Shown: positions 51,073-60,903 of the stretch, piece after piece
Position numbering within the stretch: the first letter of the stretch is position 1
How the letters are laid out: every line of letters starts with the position of its first letter
From: an uncultured Methanomicrobiales archaeon
GTDB taxonomy: Archaea; Halobacteriota; Methanomicrobia; Methanomicrobiales; Methanospirillaceae
Assembly (NCBI GenBank): GCA_963758915.1
Contig: CAVWXH010000003.1
Location: 224,001-288,000, forward strand
Direction of reading: 5' to 3'
Length of the DNA stretch: 64,000 nucleotides
Program-made: the position numbers and the translations under genes
The notes under the pieces: model-generated
The model's input: the letters and a program-made list of their open reading frames with translations, nothing else
Database searches by the model: none
What the model was told of the DNA's origin: nothing

Positions 51073-52148
51073 CAAGGCAGATAATTATCCCCTTCGGCCC
51101 CCAGCACCCTGTGCTCCCTGAGCCGATCCACCTGGACCTTGTGCTCGAGGACGAGATTGTCGTCGATGTAATACCTTCAATCGGCTATGTCCACAGGGGA
51201 CTTGAAAAACTGGTCGAGCGCCGTGAATATACCGAATACGTCTATGTGGCAGAGCGGATATGTGGTATCTGTTCATTCGTCCACGGCTTAGCCTATTGCC
51301 AGGGCGTTGAAGGGATGATGAATATCGAGGTACCGGAGAGGGCATTGTACCTCAGGACAATCTGGAGCGAGTACTCGAGGCTCCATTCCCATCTCCTGAC
51401 ACTGGGGTTGTTTGCCGATGTGCTTGGTTTCGAAAACCTCTTTATGAATGCATGGAGGCTCCGCGAGCATATCCTCGATGATATGGAGGCTACCACGGGA
51501 GGCCGGGTTATCCAGGGCTCCTGTAAGGTCGGCGGGGTAAGGCGGGACATCAGCAGCGAGAAACTTGACCAGATGGTCTCAGGACTCAATGAACTTGAAA
51601 AAGAGATGAAAGAACTGACAGAGGTGTTCCTCAGGGACAGTTCGATCAAATCCCGCCTTTGCGGGGTAGGTGTCCTGCCAAAGAAAGAGGCGTACGAGTA
51701 TGGTGCGGTGGGCCCGACACTCCGGGGAAGCGGGTGGTCAATCGATGCGAGGAAACTTGGTTATGCTGCGTTTTCCAAACTGAACTTTGAACCTGTTGTC
51801 GAGACACAAGGGGATTGTTATGCCAGGTGTGCCGTACGGGCAAAGGAGATGTTTGTATCAATTGACCTGATACGGCAGGCAGTGCAGAAAATCCCTGACG
51901 GGCCGGTTGAGGTTAAAGTGACCGGGGCCCCGGATGGTGAATACTTCACACGGGTTGAACAGCCACGGGGAGAACTGGTCCATTACGTGAAAGGCAACGG
52001 GACAAAGAACCTTGTTCGGTCACGTGTCAGGACGCCGACCTTCACGAACATACCCCCACTCGTTGCCATGCTGAAAGGTTGCGAACTTGCAGATGTGCCG
52101 GTAATTGTCCACTCAATAGACCCGTGCATCGGGTGTGCGGAGAGGTGA
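51069..52148 (+). CDS. echE: Ech hydrogenase large [NiFe] subunit E
   Basis: GPQHP, ERICGICS and DPCIGCAER Ni-binding motifs. Confidence 0.95.
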   Translation: MTRQIIIPFGPQHPVLPEPIHLDLVLEDEIVVDVIPSIGYVHRGLEKLVERREYTEYVYVAERICGICSFVHGLAYCQGVEGMMNIEVPERALYLRTIWSEYSRLHSHLLTLGLFADVLGFENLFMNAWRLREHILDDMEATTGGRVIQGSCKVGGVRRDISSEKLDQMVSGLNELEKEMKELTEVFLRDSSIKSRLCGVGVLPKKEAYEYGAVGPTLRGSGWSIDARKLGYAAFSKLNFEPVVETQGDCYARCAVRAKEMFVSIDLIRQAVQKIPDGPVEVKVTGAPDGEYFTRVEQPRGELVHYVKGNGTKNLVRSRVRTPTFTNIPPLVAMLKGCELADVPVIVHSIDPCIGCAER

Positions 52149-52154
52149 ACGGAA

Positions 52155-52541
52155 ATGGGAATTTTTGAGATGGTAGGGACTGTTGCAAGGAGCGTCTTCC
52201 GAAAGCCTGCAACCCTGATGTATCCCGTAAAATCAGCAAAAATAACACCCCTGTCACGGGGACACGTGGTAATCGATGTTAGCAGGTGCATCTCGTGCAG
52301 GATCTGCCAGAAGAAATGCCCGAGCCAGGCAATATACGTGGAACCAAAGGAGAAAACCTGGCAGATTAACCGTCTTCGCTGCAACGTATGCAATTCGTGC
52401 GTGGAAACATGCCCTGTAAAATGTCTCACCATGGATACGCAGTATACCCCCTGCGTAACAGTACAACCCGGGGCCGAACTCTTCCATATTACCTATGTCA
52501 AACCACCAAAGCCAGAAAGTAAAGCGGAAAATCAGGAGTAG
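52155..52541 (+). CDS. echF: Ech hydrogenase subunit F (2x[4Fe-4S])
   Basis: CISCRICQKKCP and CNVCNSCVETCP motifs. Confidence 0.93.
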   Translation: MGIFEMVGTVARSVFRKPATLMYPVKSAKITPLSRGHVVIDVSRCISCRICQKKCPSQAIYVEPKEKTWQINRLRCNVCNSCVETCPVKCLTMDTQYTPCVTVQPGAELFHITYVKPPKPESKAENQE

Positions 52542-52571
52542 CTCCGGGGTTAACCAGGGCTTTCCAAAAAA

Positions 52572-52588
52572 TCTTTTTTCCTTTTTCT
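52572..52588 (+). terminator. T-rich terminator after echF
   Basis: TCTTTTTTCCTTTTTCT ~30 nt after stop. Confidence 0.5.
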
Positions 52589-52800
52589 CAATACCTGCAT
52601 TTATTACAACGGGCACCAGGAATAGGAGTTTCCGGGAGAGCAGGTAGCAGGCCGAAATCAATGGCAGGTTGCGAAGATAGGGGCACCCGGAACCGGGACC
52701 GCTCTTCCGCGGCCGGGCACCCCGTTATTAGGAAAGGTCTTGTGCTTACATTGCTTAACGTTGCTTACCGATCTTCAAGTGAGCGAGATGAGCGGTGTGG

Positions 52801-53028
52801 TCAGACTGGCGTTTCCTGGTTTACACCAGGCAATGGACGATAGAAATGCCAGCTGGGACTGGCGGGTGAGGGGTGATCAGCATCGTGCTCGCCGAATTCG
52901 ATCTCCATCAGGGCGATTCTCATTTTGAGAAGCCAGATGAAATCATCTGCCTTGCTCATGGTAATCATCCCCGATGTGGCGAGATCATGCAGGAGGTTGC
53001 TGATATCCGAGATGTCTGTTTCAGTCAT
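52801..53028 (-). CDS. Small hypothetical protein (75 aa) coupled to VapB-like gene
   Basis: ATGA overlap with upstream gene; helical acidic N-terminal half. Confidence 0.5.
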   Translation of the reverse strand: MTETDISDISNLLHDLATSGMITMSKADDFIWLLKMRIALMEIEFGEHDADHPSPASPSWHFYRPLPGVNQETPV

Positions 53029-53201
53029 CTCTTCATTCTCCCAGGCTTTGGCTTCGCATCTTTTTCTTCTTCTTCTTCGTCCACTGTCCCGTACAGATCG
53101 TTGTACATGCTCATGATCACATCGGAGAACGTCATTTTCCCCCGTTTTATGGATACAAGCGCATCGTACGCCGCTTCTGTCACCGAGACGGTCTTTGCCA
53201 C
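53025..53201 (-). CDS. VapB-like (UPF0330/DUF217) RHH antitoxin-type protein
   Basis: (M)AKTVSVTEAAYDALVSIKRGKMTFSDVI fits KTI.I...Y..L...K....SFS.VI pattern; GTG start; acidic tail. Confidence 0.72.
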   Translation of the reverse strand: MAKTVSVTEAAYDALVSIKRGKMTFSDVIMSMYNDLYGTVDEEEEEKDAKPKPGRMKR

Positions 53202-53878
53202 AAAAATAGATTTTGTGTTGAATGTAATAAATGTATCCATAATAAAAAATAAATTTTTTATTAAAATTACTATAAATATTAAAATTGTATGCAATATTTT
53301 TTTTATTACAACTGTAATGTTTATAAAAAATATTATAATTAAAAATTAATTAAAAACACTTGTTTTTACATAATATTGATTTATTGAAGTAATAACAGGA
53401 TAAGAGCATTCTATCATTGACCAGGTCAGACGGTAAATCACCTGAAAATTTTTTAGATTATTGCCGAAGAAATCTTGATTTACTAAAAAAATGGATGCGC
53501 GCATACCATTTGCAAAAACTTTCGATATTACACAGTTTATGATTCACCACCCCCTGCATCCGGGCGAACAGGCAGAGCGGTAGTCCTGGAAATATTACAA
53601 ATTTTTACGGCATTATACATGCCGGATCAGTCCCGTGATTTATTGTGAACCTGTCTTTTCCAGGGAGGTTTTACCAGGATTGTTACTATGAAAACAGGCA
53701 TGATGCCAAAAGGCCACAAACATACACATGAAATTGCCAGCTGGGGTTTTCAATTTTCATCCTGTTTACCTGTGACCTTCCGGCATCATGTCCGTTTACA
53801 TGGGATCATGCAATCCCCGGGAATGCAGCAATATATTAATCAGTGAAACGAAGTCCGTGATGTGCAGGTGAGGTACCG

Positions 53879-55229
53879 ATGCGTTCAGGATCAACTAATT
53901 TTTTACTCGTTGTATTAATAGCCATTATCTCCGTTTTCGGTCAATTCTGGGTAACAGCAGACTTTTTACAACCGGTTTCCAACCTGCCCTCCGGGGATTA
54001 TGGTTACTACCAGGTCGGTTCCAGCCCCAGCGGGGCTGATGTAGTATTTGACGGTAAATTTGTCGGTGAGACACCCGTCACGGTCCCGGTATTCAGTTCA
54101 AGCAACCCCGGCCATACCCTGAGCGTGTCGAAAATCGGGTATATCACATGGACCCAGTCGTACTCACAAAATCCGGTAGCCGGACAGCGCATTCCAATTT
54201 TTGCCCCACTGCAACCAACAGAGGCAACAGGGTCAATAAAAGTCATATCCAACCCTTCGGGTGCACTTGTGAACCTCGATGGGATAACGGGACAGATGTC
54301 CCCCTGGACCTATACCAGTGTCCCGGTCGGGGGGCATATTATCCAGGCATTCCTTTCGGGATTCAGCCCTTACTCAGCGCCGGTTGAGGTTATTTCGGGA
54401 CAGACCACGGAGGTTTATGCGGTACTGTATCCACTGTCGAGTACCGGTGCATTGCAGGTAGTAACTTCCCCTGGTGGCGCCGATCTCTATATCGACGCCA
54501 TCTATCAGGGTAAGACCTCAACCGCGATAGGGAGTATCGCTACGGGAAACCATCTTGTGACCCTGAAACATTATGGGTACCAGGACCTTACCGGGCAGGT
54601 AATAATTGAGGAGGGGAAGACAACCTACCTCTCCTTTACCCTCGTTCCCTTTACGGAACCTGCAACAGGGAACCTGCGTGTTTCTTCAGATCCTGCCGGG
54701 GCGGGAATTTATATCGACGGTTCCTACAACGGGGTTACTCATGCCGGTGAGTTGGCCACCTTTACCGGTATTACACCCGGGCCACATTCCGTAGAATTGA
54801 AGCTTTCCAACTACCAGGGATATACAGAAACTGTTGAAATCGTGGCAGGTGCGACCTCGACAATATCTGCAAACCTTTCCATGAGCCCAAACCCGAGTCC
54901 CTATGCTTTGCTAGAGATCGAGCTCGGTCCCTTCCGGTGCATCGGTTTTTCTTGATGGTGCGGAGCAGGGAATTACGCCACTCACACGTTCTTCTGTCCC
55001 GGCAGGAAAACACACAATTGCCATCCGGATGGCAGGATATTCAGACTATGCTACCATGGTGCAGCTTACACCAGGTCAGAGCGCACTCATATCCGCAGCA
55101 CTTGCACCCATACCGGCACCTGCACCAACGACCGCAGCCTCTTCCTGTTTATTACCGGCAATGGTCGCCCCGGTCATCGCGGCGGCACTGGTAACCATGA
55201 AAAAATATCGCATATGCGTCAAAAAATGA
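53879..55229 (+). CDS. PEGA-repeat surface protein, +1 frameshift at ~54920 (error or pseudogene)
   Basis: Signal peptide, four S.P.GA..DG repeats; fifth repeat SSVPSGASVFLDG...GY and TM/basic tail continue in shifted frame to 55229. Confidence 0.8.
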
Positions 55230-55882
55230 CTTTTTCCTGACAATTTCCTGCAGCACCGGTTCAATCAGCGAGACGGGAGGTCCTCTCTGCCATAAACCAG
55301 GGTATACTGGCTTACCGGTGGCATCATCCCAATATATCCGGACAGGGTGGACACCAAGTATACGAGGACCGGATGATGGGGGGATCTCCAAAGAGGTCCC
55401 CCAATCCCGGTCCCTTCAGGTGAACGCTATGTATGTTACTAAAAATTGCAAGGCCCGGGTCATCGGAAAAAGTAAAAGCGCGATACGAAGAACAAAGCAG
55501 GCGTTGTATGCGGCTGCTGCCATCCATACCGTTGCGCCACTGCTCCTGCTGGCCTGCCTGGTGATCCCGTTTGTAGTAGTTGCACACGGGTGAGAGAGAA
55601 CAGTACTATCTGACAGTACCTCCACGTAATCAATTTTTCTCTTTCGTTAATAGCATCGTATTTTTGTATTTCGTGCATTCAAGGAGAGGACTATCATCGT
55701 TATCATAGATGATCCATAAAAGGGGTCTGTTGAACACGGTAACAGGATATCCATATACATCCCTGGCATGGATTTTGCCGGATGAAGCCCGGTAAAAAGG
55801 TCAGGCCCGGTAACAGGAAGGATAACCTTTATGATCATCCCCCTGAATTAGATTATATAACCACAATGGGACTTGAATTTGC

Positions 55883-56248
55883 ATGACAGAAGTGTATGGG
55901 GCGATCTACCACAAGCTGGATGTAATCGGTGTACTCTCGGTGAGCGAGTATGATGTGATTAAAAACGATCCGCTCACGCCGCTCTATATCGACCGGCTTG
56001 CACCTGATCGCTATGCAATTGCCCGTAACAGGATAGTGGATGGTGTTCTGGTCCCGGACCCTGATATGGAGATCAGGGTCGACCATGATAAAAAATTTGC
56101 CGAGCCCCTCACCTACCAGGACCGGAATGGCAGGAAAATCGTATACCCGGAACCTGGATCGGTCAACCTCGCAATTAAGAACGAGCTGGTCACCTATCTT
56201 GACCGATGGCTCACCGAGATGATTAACGACGGTTACCGGCGTAACTAG
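55883..56248 (+). CDS. DUF1249/DUF6908-like protein
   Basis: GVLVPDPDMEIRVD...AEPLTYQD...L..WL motif. Confidence 0.7.
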   Translation: MTEVYGAIYHKLDVIGVLSVSEYDVIKNDPLTPLYIDRLAPDRYAIARNRIVDGVLVPDPDMEIRVDHDKKFAEPLTYQDRNGRKIVYPEPGSVNLAIKNELVTYLDRWLTEMINDGYRRN

Positions 56249-56356
56249 CAGGCAGATATGGTGTATCCCGTCCCCGGCTTTCCGGTGTTTACCCGGGCAG
56301 TCTGGTGAGAACGGGAGACCCCCTCACAGGGCATGAACGGAACAATCTGATTCGAT

Positions 56357-57571
56357 CTATTGTATTTCCCGCTTTATTGCAGACCACATAAAAAATACCG
56401 CGGTGACCAGTGTTAACACAAATCCTGCCATGAAACCGGCCTGGTAACTCAGCGTGTACCCAAGGATTAGTCCGGTGACAAGGGGCCCAAGGGAGTGCCC
56501 GATATCCATGGTCGATGAAAGTGCCCCCATCGATGCACCAATCTCCTTTTTTGCAGCAATCTCACCAATGTATGCCCCCGTAGCGACCGTTGAGAGAGAG
56601 AGGCCGAAGCCAGCGGTGATGCTTATCAGGAGAAAAACTGCGAGGCTTGAGAAATATGGGATCAAAGCGACTGAAATACCAATCATGAACAGGCCCACAA
56701 GTATCTGGACCCGCTTGTCCACCCGGTCAGCGATACGGCCGAACAATGGTTTTGTGATGGCCATCAATACTACCTGGACCGAGAAAATAATACCAATTTC
56801 AAATGCGGCAAACCCCCTGTCATACAGAAACACAGGGAAGAATGTTTCGAACGCCCCAAATGAAAAATAGGTAGCCATTTCCACAAAAGCCGTCGCACGG
56901 AGGACCCGGTCACCAAAAAAAGTCCTAAAACTCCGGGTAAACTCTTTAAACGGTACGAAAACAACATCATGGTGGCCCTTTTCAGAATACAGGAGGGTAA
57001 TTGCAAAGGCGGGTATTGCGGCAATGAACGCCGCAACATACACGAGCTGGTAACTAATAAGCCCCGGGTAGGCGGCAAAATATGAAAGGATGACCCCGCC
57101 GGTAAGAGGCGCCAATGACCGTCCTATCAGCGTGGATGAGGAATACTGCCCAAGGACTTCCCCCTTCCTTCCAGGAAAACGATCGACCAGCAATGCCGCA
57201 GCAACAGGACCAAGGATCGCGGTCCCGAGACCATGGAAGAACCGGACCGGGATAAGCATCAACGGGTCACTGATGAAGAGGTACAGGAGGGGTGCAATGA
57301 CAAAAACTACACCGGAGACGATAAGGAGTCGTCTTCTCCCGATTTTATCAGACAGGACCCCTACGGGAAACGAACATAAGATCCCTGCAAACGGGGATAC
57401 TGCAGCGATCATCCCGAGGGTCGCGTTGCCAGACCCTAATGCCTGTGCAAAAAGTGGCAATACCGGGCTTTTTGAGAGGGTTGTGGAAAATATCGCAAAA
57501 AAACCGAGCAGAAACAGTGAGAACAGTATCTTCCGGTCGTTTGAAAGATGGTCCATGTTTCTGCCTGTCAA
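56357..57571 (-). CDS. MFS transporter
   Basis: GVLSDKIGRR and GRIADRVDKR motif A; about 12 TM helices. Confidence 0.9.
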   Translation of the reverse strand: MTGRNMDHLSNDRKILFSLFLLGFFAIFSTTLSKSPVLPLFAQALGSGNATLGMIAAVSPFAGILCSFPVGVLSDKIGRRRLLIVSGVVFVIAPLLYLFISDPLMLIPVRFFHGLGTAILGPVAAALLVDRFPGRKGEVLGQYSSSTLIGRSLAPLTGGVILSYFAAYPGLISYQLVYVAAFIAAIPAFAITLLYSEKGHHDVVFVPFKEFTRSFRTFFGDRVLRATAFVEMATYFSFGAFETFFPVFLYDRGFAAFEIGIIFSVQVVLMAITKPLFGRIADRVDKRVQILVGLFMIGISVALIPYFSSLAVFLLISITAGFGLSLSTVATGAYIGEIAAKKEIGASMGALSSTMDIGHSLGPLVTGLILGYTLSYQAGFMAGFVLTLVTAVFFMWSAIKREIQ

Positions 57572-57647
57572 TACGGTGAATTAGTTTTTCCCCGATACCG
57601 GATAAGGCAGCAGGTCACTACAAACTGGCACATGCCTGACAATATAG

Positions 57648-59126
57648 TTACAACCAGCCCGGCCAGGGGAGCCCTATCCCTGCCACCAGGTCACGCACTT
57701 CATCCCGTATACCACTGTCAAGCCGCATAAGGAGGATGGAATAGATCAACATTCCGGTAACAACAGCACCTGCAATGATAAAGACATTCGTTTCCGGTAT
57801 AACATACTGGTAACCTGATACACAGACTGCCATCACTAACGATGAAATAATAATCGATGCCACCGGTTTTTTTTCTATCCTGACCTGTATACGTTTTTTC
57901 AGAACAATATGGGCCGCCAGCGCAAAAATCCCGGTACCAAGGAGGAGCGCAAGGGCGGCCCCGGTAATTCCATACCACGGGATCAACAGTACATCAAGAA
58001 GAATAGTTGATGTGGCGCCAATCGCAGTTGCAATAAAAACACTCTTCGGCATATCAAGAGCACCGAGACACATCGTCTCAAGCGCGAGGAAAACCGTGAC
58101 GATCTCAACCATGAAAAGAAGGGACAACGCGGGTCCTGCAACAACAAAAGATGCCCCGTACAGGTAGTAGAGGAGACTGCTGCCGAGGACCCATGCCCCG
58201 CATGCAGCGGGTACTGCGAGTGCCAGTGAATAGGTAATGGCACGGGCCAGTGCGGTTTCTACCGATTTTGTCTCACCGGCTTTCATCCAGGATGCAATTT
58301 TCGGATACAGTGCAGTCCGGAGGGCAAACATCACAAAAAGTGCAATGGTCGCCAGTTGAAATGCAGTCCTGTACATCCCTATTTCAGAATTTGAAAGGAA
58401 GAATCCGACAAGAATCGTATCTGCATACCCCATCAGGGCTCCGGTAAGACCGGTGATAAACGCCCACCCTGAAAACGCAAGGAGCCCCCGGATATGCCGG
58501 CGTCCGAACATTACGGGCTTCATCGAAAGGACCCGCATATTAATGAGCAGGCCGGCTATGATCCCGGCAATAAAACCCGCTGCAAGCCCCCCCAAGGAGT
58601 ACCCGAGGTATACCGCAATGACCTGCACGATTACCCGGATTATATTGTTCACCAGGTCGGCAATCTGCAGGATACCGACCTTCCCGCTTCCATATACTCC
58701 CGTCGATATGATGCCAGCCCCCGTGGATATCACGAGGGCGGCGAGGAGCCAGAGAAAAAGACCTGACTGGTTGAGATCGACAAAGAGTGGCCTGGCAGCA
58801 ACAAGGACCGTGAGGGTCGCGGCAAGGAGCACCCCACGCACAGCAGCATGTGCAGAAAAATACTCGTTCTGCGAGGCCCCCTCACTGATACGCTGAAGTG
58901 CTGCGCCACTGACACCACCATCCGTAAAAAGACCGATGACCCCCACATACGCGAGGAGGAGGAAGAACCCGCCAAGTGCCGCGGCACCCGCATTGTGTGC
59001 GATGTAAATCGTCGCAAAAAAGCCGATGGCCGTCACCCCGACTGATGATGAGAAGGCGATAAGGCTATGGCGACGTACCGGCCCTATATCCATCAACCGG
59101 CCGGAAAGACCCCGTGAGGTGGACAT
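57648..59126 (-). CDS. MOP-family polysaccharide flippase (Wzx-like)
   Basis: About 14 TM helices; D.ILVG.F...IG.Y..A, LYP, LYG..F motifs. Confidence 0.85.
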   Translation of the reverse strand: MSTSRGLSGRLMDIGPVRRHSLIAFSSSVGVTAIGFFATIYIAHNAGAAALGGFFLLLAYVGVIGLFTDGGVSGAALQRISEGASQNEYFSAHAAVRGVLLAATLTVLVAARPLFVDLNQSGLFLWLLAALVISTGAGIISTGVYGSGKVGILQIADLVNNIIRVIVQVIAVYLGYSLGGLAAGFIAGIIAGLLINMRVLSMKPVMFGRRHIRGLLAFSGWAFITGLTGALMGYADTILVGFFLSNSEIGMYRTAFQLATIALFVMFALRTALYPKIASWMKAGETKSVETALARAITYSLALAVPAACGAWVLGSSLLYYLYGASFVVAGPALSLLFMVEIVTVFLALETMCLGALDMPKSVFIATAIGATSTILLDVLLIPWYGITGAALALLLGTGIFALAAHIVLKKRIQVRIEKKPVASIIISSLVMAVCVSGYQYVIPETNVFIIAGAVVTGMLIYSILLMRLDSGIRDEVRDLVAGIGLPWPGWL

Positions 59127-59330
59127 TGGTAACTACTATTTTCTGTATACGGTTAAAAAAACAGGTACTTTGAAGACAGGGTAATCTCGTCACCGGAGTG
59201 ATTCTGACCCCGGTTTTGATTACCACTTTGGGTAGAGGATTTGCAGCATGGGTCATCTCGGGTCCAACACACCATACTTCCGGGTCATGGTGCGGATCAT
59301 TTTTATTTCGTGCCACGACCCAGAAGAGGT

Positions 59331-59870
59331 ATGAAATTTGTTCCGGTCATGGTTCTGTCTCTCCTCGTTATCATGCTGATATCAGGGTGTACCTCACAGG
59401 TGCCAAACCCTTCAAACGTGACAACACCGGCGTCAGGACCGCTGATGACCCGGATGGTTACTGCCTCCCCGGATGTAACGGCCCCTGCAGGACAGGTCAA
59501 TGGGTCACCAGGTAGCGGGATCGGGGTTACTATCCCGCATAATGATGTTTTTTTCCTTGAACCAATGAAGGATTACCACGTGGGGGATACGATAACCCTC
59601 CACGGGACAACCATTCTCTCCGCCGGGAACCCCCTGCTTATTGAAGTGGTCTCGTCATCCTTTGGTCCTGCACCAAAGAACAGCAGCCAGTCATTCACCG
59701 GGGTATCAGGGATCGCAACGGTGACCAGAGGTCTGACGGGCGGGCCCAATACCTGGTCATTTTCTTTTCCGACTGGCGGGTTTATCGAGGATACGTATAT
59801 CGTCACGGTATCGGGTATCGGTATCAATGTCAGGGACAGCACCACCTTCCTGCTGAAATCACGCCTTTAG
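59331..59870 (+). CDS. Lipoprotein carrying an S-layer C-terminal-like domain
   Basis: Lipobox LISGC; VGDTITLHGTT...LLIEVVSSSF...NTWSF aligns with the last domain of the 24105-26663 protein. Confidence 0.75.
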   Translation: MKFVPVMVLSLLVIMLISGCTSQVPNPSNVTTPASGPLMTRMVTASPDVTAPAGQVNGSPGSGIGVTIPHNDVFFLEPMKDYHVGDTITLHGTTILSAGNPLLIEVVSSSFGPAPKNSSQSFTGVSGIATVTRGLTGGPNTWSFSFPTGGFIEDTYIVTVSGIGINVRDSTTFLLKSRL

Positions 59871-59994
59871 CAGCTGTATTCACATTCAGCGCCAGAATTA
59901 TGACCTGGAGGCCCTGGAAGTGGTCCCGGCCCCGGTCCTTTTTCCCTCCCGCAAAGGAGATGTAGAGTGAACACCTTATCTGATCGTACTCATT

Positions 59995-60903
59995 ATGGAA
60001 CCGGTAATCGAAGCGACAGGCCTGGTCAAGCAGTTTGGTCCGTTTACTGCAGTAGATACCATCAGCTTTGCGGTAAGGCCTGGCGAGGTATTCGGTTTCC
60101 TGGGGCCGAACGGTGCGGGAAAAACTACAACGATGAAAATGATCCAGTGCGCATCGCCGAGGACCTCGGGTACCCTGTCTGTGTTCGGCATGGACCCGGG
60201 CACACACAGCCATGAGATCAAGGCAATGATCGGCGTTGTCCCCCAGGAGACTAACCTTGATACCGAATTTTCCACCTTTGAAAACCTCATGGTCTACTCG
60301 CGCTATTTCGGGATCCCAAAAGAGGTCGCAGAAGAGAGGGCAGAGAAACTCCTTGATTTTGTCCAGCTTACCGAAAAACGGGATATTAACATCGAAAAGC
60401 TCTCGGGGGGGATGAAGCGGCGTCTTATTCTCGCAAGGGCACTTGTGAACCAGCCAAAACTCCTGATCCTCGACGAACCTACGATCGGGCTTGATCCACA
60501 GGCAAGGCACCTGATCTGGGAGAAGCTGAAACTTCTGCGTTCATTGGGAAATACCATTGTCCTTACCACGCATTACCTCGAGGAAGCTGAAAGGCTCTGT
60601 GACCGGCTTGTGATAATGAATAACGGTACTATTCTTGTCCAGGGGTCGCCTGCAGAACTCGTCAGGGACCATGTGGGAGGAGGGATTGTTGAGGCGGAAC
60701 ATTCACCCGGAGTAGTGGCCTGTCTGTTGGACATGGGTATCCCGTACGAAGTGGCAGGGGATAGGGTCCTGGTCGTTACTGATAACCCCGGGGCGGTTGC
60801 CCGTGAGCTCCTCGCGAAATGTGATGCGAAGCAGGTCCTCACAAGGGCGGCAACACTTGAGGACGTCTTTCTGAAGCTGACCGGTAGGGTGCTGAGAGAA
60901 TGA
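59995..60903 (+). CDS. ABC transporter ATP-binding protein (NodI/DrrA-like)
   Basis: GPNGAGKTT, LSGGM, LILDEPT.GLDP, TTHY motifs. Confidence 0.93.
   Translation: MEPVIEATGLVKQFGPFTAVDTISFAVRPGEVFGFLGPNGAGKTTTMKMIQCASPRTSGTLSVFGMDPGTHSHEIKAMIGVVPQETNLDTEFSTFENLMVYSRYFGIPKEVAEERAEKLLDFVQLTEKRDINIEKLSGGMKRRLILARALVNQPKLLILDEPTIGLDPQARHLIWEKLKLLRSLGNTIVLTTHYLEEAERLCDRLVIMNNGTILVQGSPAELVRDHVGGGIVEAEHSPGVVACLLDMGIPYEVAGDRVLVVTDNPGAVARELLAKCDAKQVLTRAATLEDVFLKLTGRVLRE

Noticed and set aside
51069-52148. EchE lacking a cleavable C-terminal extension
   Set aside because: Known property of Ech large subunits; not unusual
53200-53800. Chromosomal replication origin
   Set aside because: AT-rich, but no adjacent orc1/cdc6 and no convincing repeated ORB motifs
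55152-55838. Several short overlapping ORFs between the PEGA gene and the DUF1249-like gene
   Set aside because: Conflicting frames, no motifs; none can be supported from sequence alone
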